64,000 nt of DNA, from contig CALSSD010000010.1 in assembly GCA_943788915.1 (NCBI GenBank), forward strand, positions 496,001-560,000, written 5' to 3'. Position numbers and translations under genes: made by a program. The first letter of the stretch is position 1. The number at the start of each line of letters is the position of its first letter. This DNA is from an uncultured Acidimicrobiales bacterium (lineage in GTDB: Bacteria > Actinomycetota > Acidimicrobiia > Acidimicrobiales > UBA10347). Below are positions 59,692 through 64,000 of the stretch, one piece after another. The notes under the pieces are model-generated. The model was not told the origin of the DNA. It did not search any database and saw only the letters and a list, made by a program, of their open reading frames with translations.

Positions 59692-60798
59692 GTGATGCAA
59701 GACTTCTCCGGCGATATCGCCGCGCTCACGAAGAGGTTGAACGAGGCAGAGGTCTATCTGAGTGTTGTTCAGCTCCGCGAGCGTAAGCCAGAACTCGAAG
59801 ACGCTGCGGCCGCTCCCGGGCTTTGGGACGATCCCGATGAGGCCCGCAAGGTCACCGGCGAGTTGTCTGCTGTCGCGGATGACCTCGACACCTTCGACAA
59901 GCTGGCCGAGCGCATCGACGAAGCAGCGACGCTGCAGGAGTTGGGCCAAGAGATGGACGACGACTCTGTCGAAGGCGAAATCGTGAGCATTCTCGCCGCC
60001 GTAAGCAAGGAATTCGACGGACTTGAGCTGCGCTCGCTGCTGTCGGGTGAATACGACGAACGCGACGTGGTCGTCACGCTGCAGTCAGGCGAGGGTGGGA
60101 CCGATGCCCAAGACTGGGCAGAGATGTTGCTGCGCATGTATCTGAAGTGGGCTGACCAGCGGGGCTTCAAAGTGTCGGTCGAATCAGCACACGAGGGCGG
60201 CGAGGCTGGCCTGACCTCAGCCGAAGTCATCATTTCTGGTCGTTACGCCTACGGCTGGATGCGCAGCGAGAGTGGCGTTCATCGCCTGGTACGAATTTCC
60301 CCGTTCAACAAGGAAGGCAAACGCCAGACTGCGTTTGCCTCGATCAGCGTCGTGCCGCTACTCGATGATCTTGCGAACGAGATCGAACTCGACCCGAGCG
60401 ATCTGCGCGTCGATACCTATCGAGCGTCAGGCGCTGGTGGGCAGCACATCAACAAGACCGACTCGGCGGTGCGGATTACCCACCTGCCGACCGGCACAGT
60501 GACCTCGTGTCAGAACGAACGAAGCCAGCATCAGAACCGTGACCGAGCGATGCAAACGCTGAAAGCCAAACTTCTGGACCTCCAGCGCCAGGAACGCGAC
60601 GCCGAGCTGGCTCAGATCAGCGGCGAGGTCGGAAATGTCGGGTTCGGCAGCCAGATTCGCAGCTATGTGTTGCAACCGTACGAGATGGTCAAGGACCTTC
60701 GCAGCGACCACGAAACCGGCGATGTCGCTGGTGTTCTGAGTGGCAATGTCCAGCCATTTATGGAGGCGTACCTCCAGTGGCAACGAGCCAGTATCTAG
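59692..60798 (+). CDS. prfB: Peptide chain release factor 2 (single continuous frame)
   Basis: SPF motif (RISPF), GAGGQ and SQIRSYVL. Confidence 0.97.
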   Translation: MMQDFSGDIAALTKRLNEAEVYLSVVQLRERKPELEDAAAAPGLWDDPDEARKVTGELSAVADDLDTFDKLAERIDEAATLQELGQEMDDDSVEGEIVSILAAVSKEFDGLELRSLLSGEYDERDVVVTLQSGEGGTDAQDWAEMLLRMYLKWADQRGFKVSVESAHEGGEAGLTSAEVIISGRYAYGWMRSESGVHRLVRISPFNKEGKRQTAFASISVVPLLDDLANEIELDPSDLRVDTYRASGAGGQHINKTDSAVRITHLPTGTVTSCQNERSQHQNRDRAMQTLKAKLLDLQRQERDAELAQISGEVGNVGFGSQIRSYVLQPYEMVKDLRSDHETGDVAGVLSGNVQPFMEAYLQWQRASI

Positions 60799-61050
60799 CA
60801 GTGTTGCTCCGCTCCGCTTAGGCCGACGTTCGTCGGACAGGCTGACATCTTTTCGTTGGTCGCTCTCCTTCGCCGGCTCCGTCCTGCTCGGGGGTGGCGC
60901 TATGGCCTAGTTCCTTCCGGCGCATCTGCAACCCATGGCGGCGCAGGGGTGCCACCGAAAGGGCACCTCCGGCGAGTATGGTTTGCAGGTTCCACGCCAC
61001 GTGTGCGCGTCCTACTTCGGTCGCCTCATGGATCCAGGACGAACCCCACC

Positions 61051-61728
61051 ATGATCAAACTCGAGAACGTTTCTAAGGTCTACAAGGGTGATGTTGTCGC
61101 GTTGCGCAACATTACGTGTGAGATCCAAAAGGGCGAATTCGTCTTCCTCGTTGGACCCTCGGGTTCGGGCAAGTCGACCTTCATGCGGCTGCTCAACAAG
61201 GAAGAGAGTCCGGACAACGGCGTGATCTACGTTGCCGGCAAGGACATCGGCCGGCTCAGCGGCTGGCGCGTGCCGTTCTTGCGTCGCAATATCGGCTGCA
61301 TCTTCCAGGACTTCAAGTTGCTCGACAACCGGACGGTTTCGCAGAACGTCGCCTTCGCTCTCGAAGTGATCGGTCGTCCGCGTCATGTGATCTCGACCCA
61401 GGTGCCAGCGATTCTTGAGCTTGTTGGTCTGAGCAAGAAGGCAGACAACTACCCCGAAGAACTCTCTGGCGGTGAGCAGCAGCGGGTATCTATCGCCCGC
61501 GCGTTCGTGAACCGCCCACTGATCCTGTTGGCCGACGAGCCAACCGGAAACCTCGACCCTGCGACCTCGGTCGGCATCATGAAGCTCCTCGACCGAATCA
61601 ACAAGACGGGCACGACGGTGGTTATGGCAACCCACGATCGTGGCATCGTCGACACCATGCGTAAGCGCGTGATCGAACTTGACAGCGGCAACCTGGCACG
61701 TGACCAGGCACGCGGCGTTTACGAGTAG
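61051..61728 (+). CDS. ftsE: Cell division ATP-binding protein FtsE
   Basis: [23 protein letters not shown] and ADEPTGNLD; follows prfB and precedes ftsX. Confidence 0.95.
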   Translation: MIKLENVSKVYKGDVVALRNITCEIQKGEFVFLVGPSGSGKSTFMRLLNKEESPDNGVIYVAGKDIGRLSGWRVPFLRRNIGCIFQDFKLLDNRTVSQNVAFALEVIGRPRHVISTQVPAILELVGLSKKADNYPEELSGGEQQRVSIARAFVNRPLILLADEPTGNLDPATSVGIMKLLDRINKTGTTVVMATHDRGIVDTMRKRVIELDSGNLARDQARGVYE

Positions 61729-61733
61729 GCCCG

Positions 61734-62627
61734 ATGAACTTTCGTATTGGCAACCTTTTCCGAGAGCTGAGTTACAGCCTGCGCCGCAGCTTCAGCCTCT
61801 TCGTCGGCACCCTGCTCACCATCCTTATTTCGATGACTGTGCTTGGCGCTGGCCTTGTACTAAGCGCTGCGGTCGAGACCGCAACCGATCGTTGGAAAGA
61901 TGGCGTTGAATTCATCGTCTTCTTGAACCCCGACGCCAGCGAAGCTGAAAAGTCGTCGGTAACGAACAAGCTCAACTCAAGCCCAGAGATTGACCGCTTC
62001 ACCTTCGTCGACAAGGAAGCTGCCTTTGTCGAGTTCCAATCGATGTTCCGTGACTCCGATCAAATTCGCGAATCTGTCGCCGTCGCCGACATGCCCCCGT
62101 CGTTCCGGATCGTTCCGGAGAGCCCCGAATCCGACGTGGTCGAGACACTTGCCGATGGTTTCCGCGACGATCCTGGCGTATTCGAAGTAGTTGCAGCCGT
62201 CGACACCATCAAGGACATCGAGACCGGCAGCACCCGAATCAACCGCATCTTCTTGATCGTGGGTATGGCATTGCTTGTTTCGGCCTTGTTGCTTGTCTAC
62301 AACACAATTCGTACCACCATTTTTGCGCGCCGTCGAGAAGTCGAGGTCATGCGATTAGTTGGTGCATCGAACTGGTATATCCGTGTGCCGTTCATGATCG
62401 AAGGAACGTTGCAAGGTCTGCTTGGCGGAGCGCTAACGCTGCCGATCTTACAACTATGGAACAACGTGCTTTCAGACATCGGATCGGGCGATGGCCTCGC
62501 GTTGCTTGCCGATCTGCGGGCTCCCGATCAGACCGTCATCATGATCTGGCTGGCGATGACTGCACTCGGCGCAGTGATCGGCATGGTTGCGTCGGTCGTC
62601 GCGTTGTCACGTTTCCTCGACGTCTAA
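61734..62627 (+). CDS. ftsX: Cell division permease FtsX
   Basis: NTIRTTIFARRREVEVMRLVGASNWYIRVPF. Confidence 0.93.
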   Translation: MNFRIGNLFRELSYSLRRSFSLFVGTLLTILISMTVLGAGLVLSAAVETATDRWKDGVEFIVFLNPDASEAEKSSVTNKLNSSPEIDRFTFVDKEAAFVEFQSMFRDSDQIRESVAVADMPPSFRIVPESPESDVVETLADGFRDDPGVFEVVAAVDTIKDIETGSTRINRIFLIVGMALLVSALLLVYNTIRTTIFARRREVEVMRLVGASNWYIRVPFMIEGTLQGLLGGALTLPILQLWNNVLSDIGSGDGLALLADLRAPDQTVIMIWLAMTALGAVIGMVASVVALSRFLDV

Positions 62628-62645
62628 ACGCGGGCGGGTGAGCGT

Positions 62646-64000
62646 ATGACGTCGCACACCAACAACCGAGAGTGTGTATGGCCCAAGCGGTTTGGGCTAC
62701 TCGTTGTGCTTGCATCGCTGCTGGTGGCGCTGTTGACATTTGCTACCGCGTCAGACTCTGCGGCACAGGAATGTCCCGATGGCTCAGTGCTCAGCGACAA
62801 CGGCGTGACCTGTGAACTCGATGTCAGCTCAACCGACTCGATCTGTCCGACTGGCCAGGCACTTGATGTCGCTGGCCTGTTCTGCATCCAAGCAGAACCG
62901 GCAGATGGCGAGGAATCGCCTAGTCCTGCATGTGATTCTGGCTATTCCTTGGGGAGCGACGGCCAAACCTGTATCGCCGATGGCCCATCATGTGATCGAG
63001 GCGAAGTCCCAAACGACAGTGGTGAGTGTGTAGAGACATTTCGTTGTCCGAACGACTTGATCCTGGCCAGCGATCTGCTCAGCTGCCTGAGCGATCGATG
63101 CCCCGATGGCGAATTGTTGTCCGTCGATGGCAAACGTTGTGTCGCCGCCGGGTCGGACTGCCCCGATGGTTCCCCCCGGCCACTCGGTGGTGCTTGCCTG
63201 GTGGTCGAGACCGTCGAGGGCGATGACGGCGAGACCGAAGTAGTGGTGCGATGTGCCGAAGCGGACTCGTTCTGCCAAGCGCGAATCAAGCGATGCGCCG
63301 ACGATCGAGCTTCCGGGTCGGCTGATCTTGGCGCCGAGTGCTCCGACCCTCGCGGCAGTTGTGACGATGACGATGATGCGTGCGCGGAGTCAAATGACCG
63401 GCTGGTCCAGTGCGCCACCCGCGACTCCGACGAAGGCGACGACGCAGACCCGGTCGCCATTGGCCGAGCGAATGATCCGTGCGCGGATCTCTGCCCGATA
63501 TTGCATCGTCTTGATCCATCGGGAGAATGTGTCGAGTTCCTCGACCCCAGTCACCCGTGTGTGATCTCAGGAACCGTGCCTCCTGGCATCACGAAAAACG
63601 CAGTGCTCGATGGGTATTCATTCTTGGCTGGTCTAGGAACCTGTGTCACTCGAACCGAATTCCTTCGCCGGCTCGGCAACTTCGAGGCTGCAGCCGGCGC
63701 CGAGGCCGATGCGCTGACGCTGCTGCGAGAAACGACCAGTTCGTACCTCACGATCGAAGACCAGCTCGCCGAACTTGACCAACTGCTCATTGACGCCGAG
63801 CTCGATGTCCGTTCGTTCACCGAAGCAGCAGCACAGGCCGACTTCGAGCGAGAGGGCAGTGCGAAACTATTGCTGTCTACGCAAAAGCAACTAGCCCGCG
63901 AACGCGCACTTTTGAGCGAGGAAGTCCTGCAGGTATTCGTGGTTGGCGGCAATGATGCGCTGATCGAGGGGGCGATCCTTTCGGCCACCAACGTCACCGA
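62646..64000 (+). CDS. Secreted Cys-rich repeat plus coiled-coil protein, probable FtsEX-associated hydrolase/activator (truncated by window)
   Basis: Stop-free frame from ATG 62646 to window end (not in ORF track); signal peptide ..DSAAQ, 26 Cys in the mature N-terminal ~290 aa, then helical LAELDQLL...LSEEVLQVFV. Confidence 0.75.
   Translation, partial: MTSHTNNRECVWPKRFGLLVVLASLLVALLTFATASDSAAQECPDGSVLSDNGVTCELDVSSTDSICPTGQALDVAGLFCIQAEPADGEESPSPACDSGYSLGSDGQTCIADGPSCDRGEVPNDSGECVETFRCPNDLILASDLLSCLSDRCPDGELLSVDGKRCVAAGSDCPDGSPRPLGGACLVVETVEGDDGETEVVVRCAEADSFCQARIKRCADDRASGSADLGAECSDPRGSCDDDDDACAESNDRLVQCATRDSDEGDDADPVAIGRANDPCADLCPILHRLDPSGECVEFLDPSHPCVISGTVPPGITKNAVLDGYSFLAGLGTCVTRTEFLRRLGNFEAAAGAEADALTLLRETTSSYLTIEDQLAELDQLLIDAELDVRSFTEAAAQADFEREGSAKLLLSTQKQLARERALLSEEVLQVFVVGGNDALIEGAILSATNVT

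Noticed and set aside
60940..60990. GGTGCC-ACCGAAAG-GGCACC hairpin before ftsE as a c-di-GMP or c-di-AMP riboswitch
   Set aside because: Lacks the GCAAA/GACGCAAA and GUCAGCUAAC cores; only a generic hairpin

Overview
A roughly 60% GC bacterial chromosomal segment that looks actinobacterial, probably Acidimicrobiia (inferred from gene order, LAxTG sorting signal and leaderless promoters). The conserved core block ftsH / pmm-trm112-ahcY / comF-hpf ... rlmH / secA-prfB-ftsEX is interrupted between hpf and secA by about 47 kb of mostly catabolic and transport genes. These include a Liv-type ABC transporter, hydantoinase/oxoprolinase, acyl-CoA enzymes, LLM monooxygenases and a desaturase. No rRNA, tRNA, CRISPR array, integrase or transposase was seen. 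The main signals the ORF track misses are: (1) an AhpD/CMD-family selenoprotein with a CxxU motif and an fdhF-like SECIS hairpin; (2) a c-type cytochrome with an LAxTG sortase signal in the +1 frame; (3) a secreted protein after ftsX with EGF-like Cys-rich repeats ahead of a coiled coil; (4) an SAH-riboswitch-like pseudoknot before ahcY; (5) a near-identical 1,174-bp internal duplication in a substrate-binding lipoprotein; (6) two families of intergenic palindromic repeats; (7) several decayed pseudogenes and single-base frameshifts.
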